This document shows positions 22,480-34,759 of a stretch of 64,000 nt of DNA, piece after piece (the first letter of the stretch is position 1; the number at the start of each line of letters is the position of its first letter). Made by a program: the position numbers and the translations under genes. Under the pieces are notes generated by a model. That model did no database searches. It had not been told where the DNA came from and saw nothing but the letters and a program-made list of their open reading frames with translations. Source of the stretch: Scyliorhinus canicula (taxonomy: Eukaryota); contig NC_052152.1 in the NCBI RefSeq assembly GCF_902713615.1, positions 60,236,818-60,300,817 of the forward strand, written 5' to 3'.

Positions 22480-25400
22480 ATGAGACTCTGAAAGGCAGGT
22501 GGGTACATTTGTTATAACCCCTTATGTAGGAGGGAGGGTTTCCGTTATCTGGACCACTGGGAGCTCTTCCGGGGAAGGTGTGTGACCTGTATAAGAAGGA
22601 CGGGTTGCATCTAAACTGGAGAGGCATAAATATCCTGCCGCGAGGTTTGCTAGTGTCACACGGGAGGGTTTAAACTAGTATGGCGGGGGTGGGCACCGGA
22701 GCAATAGCTCAGAAGGTGAAAAAATTGAGGAAGAACTAGGGAATAGAGGCAGTATGGCTCTGAGGAAGAGCAGACAGGGAGATGTTGCTGAAAACAGCGG
22801 GACTAGTGGCCTGAAATGCATATTTTAATGCTTTAATGTTTTAATGCAAGACGTATAACCGGTAAGGCAGATGAACCTAGAGCTTGGATTAGTACTTGGA
22901 ACTATGATGTTGTTGCCATTACAGAGACCGATTGAGGGAAGGACAGGATAAGGAGCTAAACATTCCAGGATTTAGATGTTTCAGGTGGGATAGAGGAGAA
23001 GGTAAAAGGGGTGGAGGAGTTGCGCTGCTGGTTAGGGGGAGCTTCACAGCTGTACTGCGGGAGGACACCTCAGAGGGCAGCGAGGCTATATGGGTAGAGA
23101 TCAGGAAGTAGAAGGGTTCAGTCACACTGTTGGGGTTTTACTGCAGGCCTCCCAACAGCCAGCGGGAGATAGAGGAGCAGATAGGTAGACAGATTTTCGA
23201 AAGGAGTAAAAGCAACAGGGTTGTTGTGATGGGAGACTTTAACACACCCAATATTGACTGGGACTCACTTAGTGCAAGGGGCTTAGACGGGGCAGAGTTT
23301 GTAAGGAGCATCCAGGAGGGCTTCTTCAACCATATGTAGATAGTCCAACTAGGGAAGGGGCTGTACTGGACCTGATATTGGGACTGAACCCGGCCAGGTG
23401 GTAGAAGTTTCAGTAGGGGAGCATTTCGGGAACAGTGACCACAATTCAATAAGTTTTAAAGTGCTGGTGGACAAGGATAAGTGTGGGCCTAGGGTGAATG
23501 TGCTAAATTGGGGCAAGGCTAATTATAACAATATTAGGTGGGAACTAAAGAACCTAGATTGGGGGCGGATGTTTGAGGGTAAATCAACATCTGACATGTG
23601 GGAGGATTTCAAATATCAGTTGAAAGGAATTCAGCACCGGCATGTTCCTGTGAGGAAGGATAAATATGGCAAATTTCAGGAACCTTGGATAACAAAAGGT
23701 CTCGTCAAAAAGGAAAAGGAGGCATTTGTCAGGGCTAGAAGGCTGGGAACAGACAAAGCCTGTGTGGAATATAAGAAAAGTAGGAAAGTACTTAAGCAAG
23801 GAGTCAGGAGGGCTAAAAGGGGTCACAAAAAGTTATTGGCAAATAGGGTTAAGGAAAATCCCAAAGCTTTTTACATGTACATAAAAAGCAAGAGGGTAGC
23901 CAAGGAAAGGGTTGACCCATTGAAAGACAGGGGAGGGAATCTATGTGTGGAGCCAGAGGAAATGGGTGAGGTACTAAATTAATACTTTGCATCAATATTC
24001 GACAAAGAGAAGGAATTGGTGGATGTTGAGTCTGGAGAAGGGTGTGTAGATAGCCTGGGTCACATTGAGATCCAAAAAGACGAGGTGTTGGGTATCTTGA
24101 AAAATATTAAGGTAGGTAAGTCCCCAGGGCCTGATGGGATCTACCCCAGAATACTGAAGGAGGCAAGAGAGGAAATTGCTGAGGCCTTGACAAAAATCTT
24201 TGGATCCACACTGTTTTCAGGTGATGTCCCGGAGGACTGGATACAGGTGATGTCCCGGAGGCCAATGTTGTTCCTTTGTTTAAGAAGGGTAGCAAGGATA
24301 ATCCAGGGAACTACAGGCTGGTGAGTGGTAGGAAAATTACTGGAGAGAATTCTTCGGGACAGAATCTACTCCCATTTGGAAGCAAGTGGACATATTAGCG
24401 AGCGGCAGCACAATTTTGTGAATGGGAGGTTGTGTCTCACCAACTTGATAGAGTTTTTCCAGGAGGTCACAAAGATAGTTGATGCAGGTAGGGCAGTGGA
24501 TATTGTCTAGATGGACTTCAGTAAGGCCTTTGGCACTTCATGGTAGACTGGTACAAAAGGTGAAGTCACACGTGATCAGAGGTGAGCTGGAAAGATGGAT
24601 ACAGAATTGGCTAGGTCATAGAAGGCAGACAGTAGCAATGGAAGGGTGCTTTTCTGATTGGATGGCTGTGACTAGTGATGTTCCGCAGGGATCAGTGCTG
24701 GGACCTTTGCTGTTTATAGTATATATATAAATGATTTGGAGGAAAATGTAACTGGTCTGATTAGTACGTTTACGGACCATACAAAAGTTGGTAGAATTGC
24801 GGATAGCGATGAAGACTGTCCGAGGATACAGCAGGATTTTGATCGTTGGGGACTTGGGCAGATGATGGCAGATGGAGTTTAATCCAGACAAATGTGAGGT
24901 AATGCATTTTGGAAGGTCTAATGCAGGTAGGGAATATACAGTGAATGGTAGAACCCTTAAGAGTATTGACAGTCAGAGAGATCTTGGTGTACAGGTCCAC
25001 AGGTCACTGAAAGGGGAAACACAGGTGGAGAAGGTAGTCAAGAAGGCATATGGCATGCTTGCCTTCATTGGCCAGGGCATTGAGTATACAAATTGGCAAG
25101 TCACGTTGCAGCTGTATGGGACCTTAGTTAGGCCACACTTGGAGTATAGTGTTCAGTTCTGGTCGCCACACTATCAGAAGGATGTGGAGGCTTTAGAGAG
25201 GGTGCAGAAGAGATTTACCAGGAGGTTGCCTGGTATGGAGGGCATTAGTTATGAGAAGAGGTTGAATAAACTTTGTTTGTTCTCACTGGAATGACGGAGG
25301 TTGAGGGGCGGCCTGATAGATGTCTACAAAATTATGAGGGGCATAGGCAGAGTGGGTGGTCAGAGACTTTTACCCAGGGTAGAGGGGTTAATTACTAGGG

Positions 25401-25699
25401 GGCATAGGTTTAAGGTACGAGAGGCAAGGTTTAGAGAAGATGTATGAGGCAAGTTTTAGTCATACAGAGGGTAGTGGGTGCCTGGAACCCGCTACCGGAG
25501 GAGGTGGTGGAAGCAGTGACGATAGTGACATTTAAGGGGCAACTTGACAAATACATGAATAGGATGGGAATAGAGGGATACGGACCCCAGAAGTGTAGAA
25601 GATTTTCGTTTAGACAGGCAGCATGGTCGGCACAGGCTTGGAGGGCTGAAGGGCCTGTTCCTGAACTGTACTTTTCTTTGTTCTTTGTTTTTCTTTGTA
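22480..25699 (+). mobile_element. CR1 LINE, 5'-truncated: ORF1 esterase end plus near-complete decayed ORF2 (APE endonuclease and RT)
   Basis: GFRYLDHW..LYKKDGLHLNWRG (ORF1). YCRPPNS..VVMGDFN, GNSDHN (APE). KSPGPDGI, VPQGSVLGPLLFIVYI, MEFNPDKCEVMHFG, LVRPHLEY (RT). Microsatellite-like 3' tail at ~25670-25699. Confidence 0.95.
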
Positions 25700-27447
25700 T
25701 AGTGGTTTGCCATTCATTTTACCAGTACATTAAAATATTTTGAATCCGGGGCTGCCGGGTAGATCAAACTCTTTATGATGCCAAACGTTGGGGCTCCACC
25801 AGCGATAAGAAGCATTATCTTTTTGTAAGTCGTCACCTTTTATGCCATTCGCACTAAGGTAAGCGTGCACTCTTTCGGTGTACTGGGGTCAATATTCTAC
25901 GCCCACATCATGTGGCTCGAGTTTCCCATATAGTTGCATTTCCGGGTTCTCTTTGTACGCTTCCTTACCAGAGGTTTTTTTTTAAAAGCAGAATCACGTT
26001 CTTGCACCTCGTCGCCAGTGTAGTAATCCCGAAGCCACAAAGAGGAAGGTTTATAGAGATTTTAAAAAACGTAATTGTAAAGCTTCACATGCGGTGTACA
26101 ACACAGGTGTCCCAACCTGGGACTAACGGAACTCCCGGTCTGGGACGGCATTTAAAGGGCTCGGTAATGAGTCCCAGCTGGGCCCTTCCGTTACCATGGG
26201 AACTCCTACTCCACGAATCCCATGGGGAAATCAATAAGTGATTCCCCCTTGTTCTCTTGAGGGTTATCACATCATTAGTAAATGCAGAAAATGTGCATAA
26301 ACAGTCTATTATATGTTAAAATCAATGAGTTGCAACATTCCATTTCAAAATGCATCGGAAACTCCTTTGTTAGGCTCTGGTTATGGAAAAATCAATATTA
26401 AAAGTGTCAACGTTTGGATGTTGTACCTGTTAACCTGCAGACAGCAAATTTATGTATGATTGCCATGTTAGATCTGTCACCTATTGTAAACAAGTATAAG
26501 CAAACCCTTCTGCATTTTCATGCCCTAGAAACCTATTGACCCTGTTACTGACTATTATTTCCAACAAGTTGAAGTTATTTAGTGGAACAGATGTAGTTTT
26601 CTTTTTCCTGAGGTAACAGAGCTGAGCATCACATATTGGAACGGTAATGATTGCAGAACATGAAGATTTTGATTTCTGAAAACTATTTAGCAAACTGCTG
26701 TATTTATGTTTTCCTCACTTGAATCCGTTTAAATATGAGGTTCTTAATCCCTTAATGAGAATCAAACTAAACATGGGTATCGTAGCTCTCAGTAGCAATT
26801 AGTTAGATGTATTAAGTTTGCAAAGAGGATAAGATGGTGAAAGGGGAAGCAAGTTGTAAAGTCACACAAGTATTTTTTTATTAGCTTAAATTATACTTTG
26901 ACTGTTTTTCTACCAAAATTATCTTTGACACAAACACAGTGACGTTTAAAAACTGATGTGTTCTTGGAAACTCAACCGGACCAGCCCCCTAGCTGCTCTT
27001 GTTGCTTATACTCACACATTGGGTGAAATACCAAGTGCCTGCCAGCCTTCATTGTACTTTAGCAGGAATTAGAACCTTCGGGCAAGGGTTGAAGAAATTG
27101 GAGAAAAAATGATGGCAACCAAGTGGGCAATTTTTATTAAGGGCAGAGCTTATTAGGACGTTCAATTTTCACATCTGTACCAGTATAGGAATATATTTTC
27201 AAATATTTTATTGGTTTTGGAGGTTCACTGATAGAACTCTGCTTCCACATGTTGATTGATTGTATGCAACTGTATGAAGTTATAATTACATTTGGACTGT
27301 AATTTAATGGTGGGAGCAACTACTAGAGTTGAGAGCTTTGCCATACGATAGTGGGGAGGAATTGGATTTGGTGCCACATAATGACCTGCATACATGATAT
27401 CCTATGCAGTGTCTTTGAATGTTGGGCAACTAAATTCATTTTCTGGG

Positions 27448-28205
27448 GATTTAGATTTGAGATTTATTGTCACGTATACTGAGGTACAGTGAAAAGTATT
27501 GTTCTGCGTACCGTTCAGGCAGATGGTTCCATACATAAAAAATAAAGGACATAGGATAACTACACGATGTAAATACATAGAGATCGGGTGAAGTATATGG
27601 AGTGTAGAGCTACAACAGTAGAGAGTAGAGAAAATGAGTGGAGAGGTCAGTTTGGTCCATAAGTGGGTCATTCAGGAGTCTGGTAACAGCAGGCTAGAAG
27701 CTGTTTTTCTATCTATTAGTGTACGTTCTCAGACTTTTGTATCTTCTGCCCGATGGAAGAGGTTGTAAGAGAGAATAACTTGGGATCTTTGATTATGGCC
27801 CTCTTTCCCCAGGCAGCGGGAGGTGTAGATGAAGTCAATGGATGGGAGGCAGGTTTATGTGATGGACTGGGCTGTGTTCACGGCTCTCTGTAGTTTTTAC
27901 GGCCTTGGGCCGAGAGGTTGCCAAACCAAGCTGTGATGCAGCCCGATAGGATGCTTTCTTCTTTTTTTAAATTTCAATTATTTCTTTTTCCAATTAAGGG
28001 GAAATTTAGCGTGGCCAATCCACCTAAACTGCACATCTTTGGGTTGTAGGGGTGAAGCCAATGCAGACACGGGGAGAATGTGCAAACTCCACACGGACAG
28101 TGACCCAGGGCCGGGTTTGAACCTGGGTCCTCAGTGCCGTAGTCCCGCTGCTAGCCACTGTGCCACGAGCCGTCCCGATGGGTTGCTTTATATGGTGCAT
28201 CTGTA
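27448..28205 (-). mobile_element. Rex1/Babar-type LINE 3' fragment, with short SINE at ~27958-28176 (minus)
   Basis: Minus strand PLPSGRRYKSLRTYTNR*KNSF*PAVTRLLN is the Rex1/Babar C-terminal motif; aataaatc-type tail. Confidence 0.75.
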
Positions 28206-28278
28206 AAAATGGAGAAACACAAGTTTAGTGAGGATGTATTTTGAGACATAAGTGAGGATTATTTGGATAAATATAATG

Positions 28279-28881
28279 TGTGATGGGCCAGGGTTTAGAA
28301 AACTGACCTGATTTTGGTTATGAGGTGCACAAGGGCCTGCCTTTCAGGTGCTATTCAACAGAGGCCTTAAGCACTTTTAATTAAAAACGAGCTTTATTCT
28401 ACGTATTTAGTTAACATTTTTATAAACACACAGTAAGCATTTTTATCAACTACAAACATAAATACCCCACACAGCTACAGTATTCTATGTATCACCCTTA
28501 ACAAATTCCCCCCGAACTGTTCCAATTTAATAACCAGATCCATAAACTAGAAACCCCTTTTCAAAGGTGTGGCCCAGCTCACAGCACTCAAGACCTGCTA
28601 TGGGTGCTCATGTTTCCTGTCCAAAACAGCAGGTTTGAATTCCTTCCAGAAAACTGTTATCACTTTTAAGTTATCAAGTAACCTGGAAACAGCTTTTAAA
28701 CTGAAGATCCTTCTGAGTACAGCAGCCATATGTGAAAATAAAAGCAAAAAACTCAGAGCCACAAAACAGCCTAAAACCAAAACCAACTGCCAGAACGACA
28801 GCCCAGCTCCACCTACACAATGACATCACTGAAGCCATGTGATAAGACAAAAACATTTCTTAAAGGGACACTCCCATGACA
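28279..28881. mobile_element. Solo LTR
   Basis: Termini TGTGATGGG...CCCATGACA (inverted); imperfect 4-bp TSD aatg/aata. Confidence 0.65.
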
Positions 28882-29075
28882 AATATTTCAGTTTATTGTT
28901 TAATAAGTCTGGCAAGAGCCAAATGGTTGCTAACTGCTATTTGTGAGTGCACAATTATTGTAAAATTAAGCTTGTGCTACATATGAAAGGGCACGTTTTG
29001 AATAAGGAAGTGTGATTTTCATGATCATTGATGATATCATGATTGACCTTATTTTTCTAAGAATGTCTCAGTTTG

Positions 29076-29298
29076 GGCAGCACGGTGGTGCAGTGGGTTA
29101 GCCCTGCTGCCTCACGGCGCCGAGGTCCCAGGTTTGATCCCGGCTCTGGGTCACTGTCCGTGTGGAGTTTGCACATTCTCCCCGTGTTTGCGTGGGTTTC
29201 GTCCCCGAAACCTAAAGATGTGCAGGGTAGGTGAATTGACCACGCTAAATTGCCTGTTAATTGAAAAAAACGAATTGGGTACTCTGAAATTTTTTTTA
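29076..29298 (+). mobile_element. HE1-like short SINE
   Basis: 15-bp TSD aagaatgtctcagtt. Confidence 0.9.
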
Positions 29299-29529
29299 AA
29301 AGAATGTCTCAGTTCAGCTGAAACTATCAAGAGCCCAGATTGTCCACCAGCTATTAGCCACCCCCTGCTGCAACTTGTCGACAGACAGTCTGAAAGACGA
29401 GTTCTAAAAATAAGTTGGATCTCTTGTTTATTATAGTTTTCTTTTTGAAGAATAAAAGAAGAATATTTATTAAAAACGGGTTCGGGAGCATTTCCCTGAA
29501 GCTAAAAAGCTTGAGAAGACTGGCTTTAC

Positions 29530-30676
29530 TCTCTTGGGGGGACAGATATGTTCAGGTATTTTCAGGTACATGACTTTGTTCGGAAGACATTCCCGATAGC
29601 ACCGTCGTCCACTTTATTGGAGAGGATACTCTTCTGTATGGGTTTGGAAGAGGGTAGCACTTCCGGGATATATGGAAGGATCTTGGGGAAGACAGGTTTC
29701 GGTGGAAGAGGCGACGGCCAGGTGGGAGGAGGAGCTGGGACCCATTTTGGAGGAGAAGGTGTGGAATGAGTCCCTCCGTTGGGTGAATGCCACGCAGTCC
29801 TATACGAGGGTGAGCTTGACGCAGCTCAAGGTGGTGTTTAGGGCATGCCTCACCAAGGCCAGGATGAATTGACTTTTTGGGAGGTTGAAGATAGGTGCAA
29901 GCAGTGTTCAAGAGGGCCTGTGACCCATGTACACATGTTCTGGTCCTTCTCCAAATTGGTGGGTTTTGGGGTCTTTCAGCCCCATATCGGCTATTCTGAA
30001 TGTTGATTTAGAACCCTGTCCGTGAGCAGTTTTATTTCGGATGTCGGACCAGCTGGCGTTGAGGACGGGAGAGGGGGCAAATGCCCTGGCATTCGCCTCA
30101 TTGATTGCTCAGCAGCGAATTCTGCTGAGTTGGAGGCAGGCAACGCCACCTAGTGCCGCAGTGTGGCTAGGTGACTTGATGGAGTTTCTGTACCTTGAGA
30201 CGGTCAGGTTCACTATAAGCGGTTTCTACATAGATGGCAACCTTTCATATTGCACTTTAAGGAATTGGTCACTGTTAGTTGTTAATGGGGAGTGGGGTAG
30301 GGGGTTGTTTGGGTTGTATTGTTACAGTTGTTGGTTGGAATTTTTTCTTTTGTTAATACAAGTGTTAGTTGTTTTCGTTTATAAATGTTTTATAGAGGGC
30401 AGCACGGTGGCGCAGTGGGTTAGCCCTGTTGTCTCACAGCGCCGAGGTCCCAGGTTCGACCCCGGCTCTGGGTCACTGTCTGTGTGGAGTTTGCACATTC
30501 TCCCCATGTCTGCGTGGGTTTCACCCCCACAACCCAAAGATGTGCTGGTTAGGTGGATTGGCCATGCTAAATTGCCCCTTAATTGGAAAAATGAATTGAG
30601 TACTCTAAATTTATATATTTAAAAAAAATGTTTTATATTAAATGTTAAAAGATCAATAAAAATAATTGCAAAAAAG
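29530..30676 (+). mobile_element. L1/Tx1-like LINE 3' fragment with short SINE at ~30397-30627
   Basis: FRYFQVHDFVR, WEEELG..W, QLKVVFRACLT, C..C..HMFW (zf-RVT region), AFASLIAQQRILLSW; A-rich end. Confidence 0.85.
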
Positions 30677-31179
30677 ACTGTCTTTACTCGGGGGTGAAGT
30701 TTGTTAAGTGGAACAACTCCACATTATTTCTCATTATTTCAGTAGAAAATATTTTGTGTTTGCAATGCAGATCTCTATTAGTCTGCTAATGTTTTGTGAA
30801 TATATATTTCTAATGCTGAATGTAATAAAATTTAACTACAAGCACACATAGTGCTTGGTACAAACATTTATTGATGTTTATGGGGTAGGCATTTATAATT
30901 CAACTTTTGTACTGAACAGAAGCTAATAATAACAATGATGTTTTTTCCCTGTGGCTCACAACTATTTATGGAACAACACAATATTTCTCCGTTCAGAGCA
31001 TTTCCTAAATTACGTTTTCAATTTTGGGAGTATATTTTGCCCCACAATTTTTAAAGAAGGGTATAAAATATCTTGGGTCTCTAGATTACTAGTCCAGCAA
31101 CAATACCACTATGCCACCACCACCCAATTGCAGACAGGAATGGCTGGTAGGCTATATTGCCATAGAGATAATCCTATTT

Positions 31180-32450
31180 CAATCAAATTCTGTCCTGTGG
31201 CTAAGTCAAACAGGCCCATTCTCTTATAGGGCTACAAGATATGATGAAGTGGGAATTCTGTTTGTGGTGAGGCCTGAAGACCAGTGTATGTATAACTGGA
31301 AGCAATTGCAGCTCATTCAAAACTGGATTTCAGATAAGCAGCCTGATGCACAGACATGGCGGGTTCTCTAGAAGTGATGCGGTATCACTGCCATACATGT
31401 GGAATCTGACAGTACGTCTTTAAGTGATGTCTCCAAGCCACGTAGATCAGGAAGGTGAAGGGTCCAAGGATAGACCCTTACGGAATTCCAGAGGTAACCG
31501 ATTGGGAGAAGGAATTTCAGGAGATGCTTTGGCTACAATGAAAATGAAATGAAATGAAAATTGCTTATTGTCACAAGTAGGCTTCAAATTAAGTTACTGT
31601 GAAAAGCCCCTAGTCGCCACATTCTGGCGCCTGTTCGGGGAGGCTGGTATGGAAATTGAACCCCCGCTGCTGGCCTTGTTCTGCTTTACAAGTCAGCTGT
31701 ATAGCCCACTGTGCTAAACCAGCTCCTGATTGGATATACGAGAGTGGAACCTTGCTAGGGAATTCACACATCTGCACAACAGAGATCTGGTCTGCTGTGT
31801 CTGAAGTTGCTGAAACATCAAGGATGGATAGTGTAGCATGTCATAATTGCAGAGAGTAGTATTATTGACTTAATTAGGGGCCTTTCACACAATGGCACGA
31901 ACTGGAGACTTTCAAACTTGGAGTTGCGGGTAAAATGGGATGGGATTTGGAAAGTGGCAATATATTTTTAAAATATGGAGAGGAAAGGGAAGTTAGAGAA
32001 GGGGTGATAGTTCAGAAAGTCAAAGAATTTGATAGTTTTTGAGAGGCAGGTGATGAAAGTAGTTTTAAAAGGAGGTGGAACAGTAGCTGAGGAGAAGGAA
32101 GAATTTATGATATAAACTCACTTCAGGGCCAGGAATGGAAGTTCGGTCAGCAGTTATGTGATGATGGGGCCAGGAGAAAAGGATGTAGGTCTCAATAACA
32201 AAATGAGCTGGCGAAGTAGCTTGTGAGACAGGGGTTCAAGGTTAATGCAGGATGGAACCTTGAGCAAGTTTAGTTTGATATGAAAGGAACAGAGGGAACA
32301 TGGCAGAAGCAACTGAATGGATGGTCTTGTTCTTAGTGACATGGGCTTTTTGGAGGTGAGGCTGGAGGGGGGCAGGGGTGAGCTGATTTAAGGAGACAGT
32401 TGATTGTGGAGAACAGATCTGGGGGTTATTATTGATTTCCAGGATGATAC
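31180..32450 (-). mobile_element. Old L2 LINE remnant with short SINE at ~31538-31727
   Basis: Minus strand GSILGPFTFLIY near 31440-31480 (RT motif). Confidence 0.55.
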
Positions 32451-32689
32451 ATAATACATTAGGTTATCAATACATGGTGCACTTTTAGATTTAATGGTAC
32501 AGTAAAACCCTTGAAATTACATCAGAACTGTGTCCACTTACGGACAGAATGGTCTTCAACAGTTATGTTTATTTTGTGAACAAGACCATCCAAATCAGGA
32601 AGTAATGTCTATATGATGCTAAGCTTTGGTTTTAAAAGGCTATAAATTGCTGAACGAAAGCAAGACTGAGGGAACATAATAGGAGAAAG

Positions 32690-33200
32690 GAATGATTAAG
32701 ACAGCGGTGATGCCATAAATATAATTTATCTGGATTATCAAAAGGCCTTCAATAAGATGCCTCATAATAGACTAATGAATAAGGTTAGAGAATATGGAAT
32801 CAAGGGACAAGTGGCAGAATGGATTACTAGCTGGTTTCAAAATAAATCATAGGGTGGGAGTAAAGGGTAGTTATTCAAAATGGCAGACGGTGGGAAATGA
32901 TGTTCCAGCGTTCACAACTTACATTAAATTTTTGGATTTTGGAATCGAAAATAAAATTTCTATATTTATCAGAGACCAAATGGGGGTTTGGGGGGGTGGA
33001 ATATTCAATACTGGTGAAGGCTGCAATAGGAGGGCATTCATAATAAAGTGGGCAAAAAAAATAGCAAATGGCGTTCAGCACAAATAAATGAGGTGACACA
33101 TTTTGTATGAGGAAAAAGGTGGTCCATTGGAAGTCTGGTGGAACAAAGGAATCAGAGTTCAAATACACCAATCACTAAAAGCTGCACCCCAGGTTAGCAA
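32690..33200 (+). mobile_element. Old CR1 RT remnant
   Basis: IIYLDYQKAFNKMPHNRLMNKVREYGIKGQVAEWI. Confidence 0.7.
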
Positions 33201-33269
33201 TGTTAATACATTCTGAAGCTTGATGAAGGGTGGCAATTAAAAAAAAACTTATTACTTGATGTACTTATG

Positions 33270-34075
33270 GATGTGGAGATGCCGGCGTTGGACTGGGGTG
33301 AGCACAGTAATAAGTCTTACAACACCAGGTTTAAGTCCAACAGGTTTGTTTCAAACACGAGCTTTCGGAGCACTGCTCCTTCCTCGGGTGAATGGAGAGC
33401 CATGTTCGAGAAACATTTATATAGACAAAGTCAAAGATGCCAGACAATGCTTGGAATGCGAGCATTTGTGGGTAATCAAATCATTACAGATCCAGAGATA
33501 GGGGGTGATCCCAGGTAAATGAGGTGTGAATTGTCTCAAGCCAGGACAGTTGGTGGGATTTTGCAAGTCCAGGTGAGATGGTGGGGGTGAATGTAATGCG
33601 ACATGAATCCAAGATCCCGGTTGAGGCCGCACTCATGCGTGCGGAACTTAGCTATAAGTTTTTGCTCGGCAATTCTGCGTTGTTGCGTGTCCTGAAGACC
33701 GCCTTGGAGAACGCTTACCCAGAGATCAGAGGCTGAATGCCCTTGACTGCTGAAGTGTTCCCCGACTGGAAGGGAACATTCTTGCCTGGTGATTGTCGCA
33801 CAATGCCCGTTCATTCATCGTCGCAGTGTCTGCATGGTCTCGCCAATGTACCACGCTTCGGGACATCCTTTCCTGCAGCGTATGAGGTAGACTACATTGG
33901 TGGAGTTGCATGAGGGTGGGTGGTGTTTCCACGTGTAATGATAGTATCCAAGTCGATGATCTGGCACGTCTTGCAGAGATTGCCCTGGCAGGGTTGTGTG
34001 GTGTCGTGGTCGCTGTTCTGAAGGCTGGGTAATTTGCTGCAAACAATGGTTTGTTTGAGATAGCGCGGTTGTTTG
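33270..34075 (-). mobile_element. Penelope-like element 3' part: GIY-YIG endonuclease and terminal repeat
   Basis: SCNSTNVVYLIRCRKGCPEAWYIGETMQTLRR / MNGH..PVGEHFSSQGH..RRIAEQKLIAKFRTHECGLNRD. Confidence 0.95.
33356..33391 (-). ncRNA. Minimal type I hammerhead ribozyme (core mutated: CCGAGGA)
   Basis: tcac-CCGAGGA-aggagc agt gctcc-GAAA-gc-TC-gtg; U4 of CUGANGA replaced by C. Confidence 0.6.
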
Positions 34076-34077
34076 AA

Positions 34078-34415
34078 GTGTTGGAGCTGGGGGGTTTACA
34101 ACTCTTGGGTATCACGTCCGGTATTCTTTCAGAGGTTGGACGCCGTTGGGTGTGGGAGGGGGGGGGGGGGGGAACTCTATGGTGATCATGGGCGGTCCTG
34201 GACTCCTTTTTTCTTTTTTTTCCTTTGTTTTTTGTTTCCACCGTGGGAGGGTTTGCTTTATTGGATGCATATCTTGACAGGTGGGCCGTTGTTTGGGGTT
34301 GTGGGAGGATGGGATTGTTGTTATTATTAAGGGGATTGATTTTGTATTTGTTATTGTTTACGGTTTGTGGCTGGGGTGTAAATTTTGGAGGAAAATGTGA
34401 AAATGGAGAATAAAA
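34078..34415 (+). mobile_element. L1/Tx1-like 3' UTR fragment followed by short SINE (34420-34647, minus)
   Basis: G/T-rich 3' UTR ending gagaataaaaatattt; adjacent reverse SINE. Confidence 0.55.
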
Positions 34416-34759
34416 ATATTTATTTAAAAAAATTTAGTGTACTCAATTATTTTTTTTCCAATTAAGGGGCAATTTATCGTGGCCAATCCACCTAGCCTGC
34501 ACATCTTTGGATTGTGTGGGCGAAACCCATGCAAACATGGGGAAAATGTGCAAACTCCACACAGACAGTGAGCCAGAGCCGGGATCGAACCTGGGACCTT
34601 GGCGCCGTGAGGCTGCAGGGCTAACCCACTGCGCCACCGTGCTGCCCAGGTTCTTGTATATCTTTGAGCTTGAGATGAAATTACAGGTACACTATCTATA
34701 AGTGCTAAAATACAAATTATTGACACAATGTTCTTCAGGGTCATGCTTCACTTCTAACG

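Larger units (their letters stand above)
21100..26271 (-). mobile_element. Second, older Ty3/Gypsy element (5' LTR, PBS, gag N-term, RT-RNase H), split by SINE and CR1 insertion
   Basis: 5' LTR 26019-26271. PBS ctggcgacgagg 26018-26007. gag-like QYTERVHAYLSANGI..TFGIIKSLIYPAAPDSK at 25700-25900. RT CAIFQQVMKSILRELPRV..LDDVLI..EHLANLEEVLQQF..LRLKQGKCVF at 21900-22120. Confidence 0.85.

Noticed and set aside
25700-26271. Third CpG-rich block as further viral sequence
   Set aside because: Explained by a Gypsy LTR, PBS and gag N-terminus.
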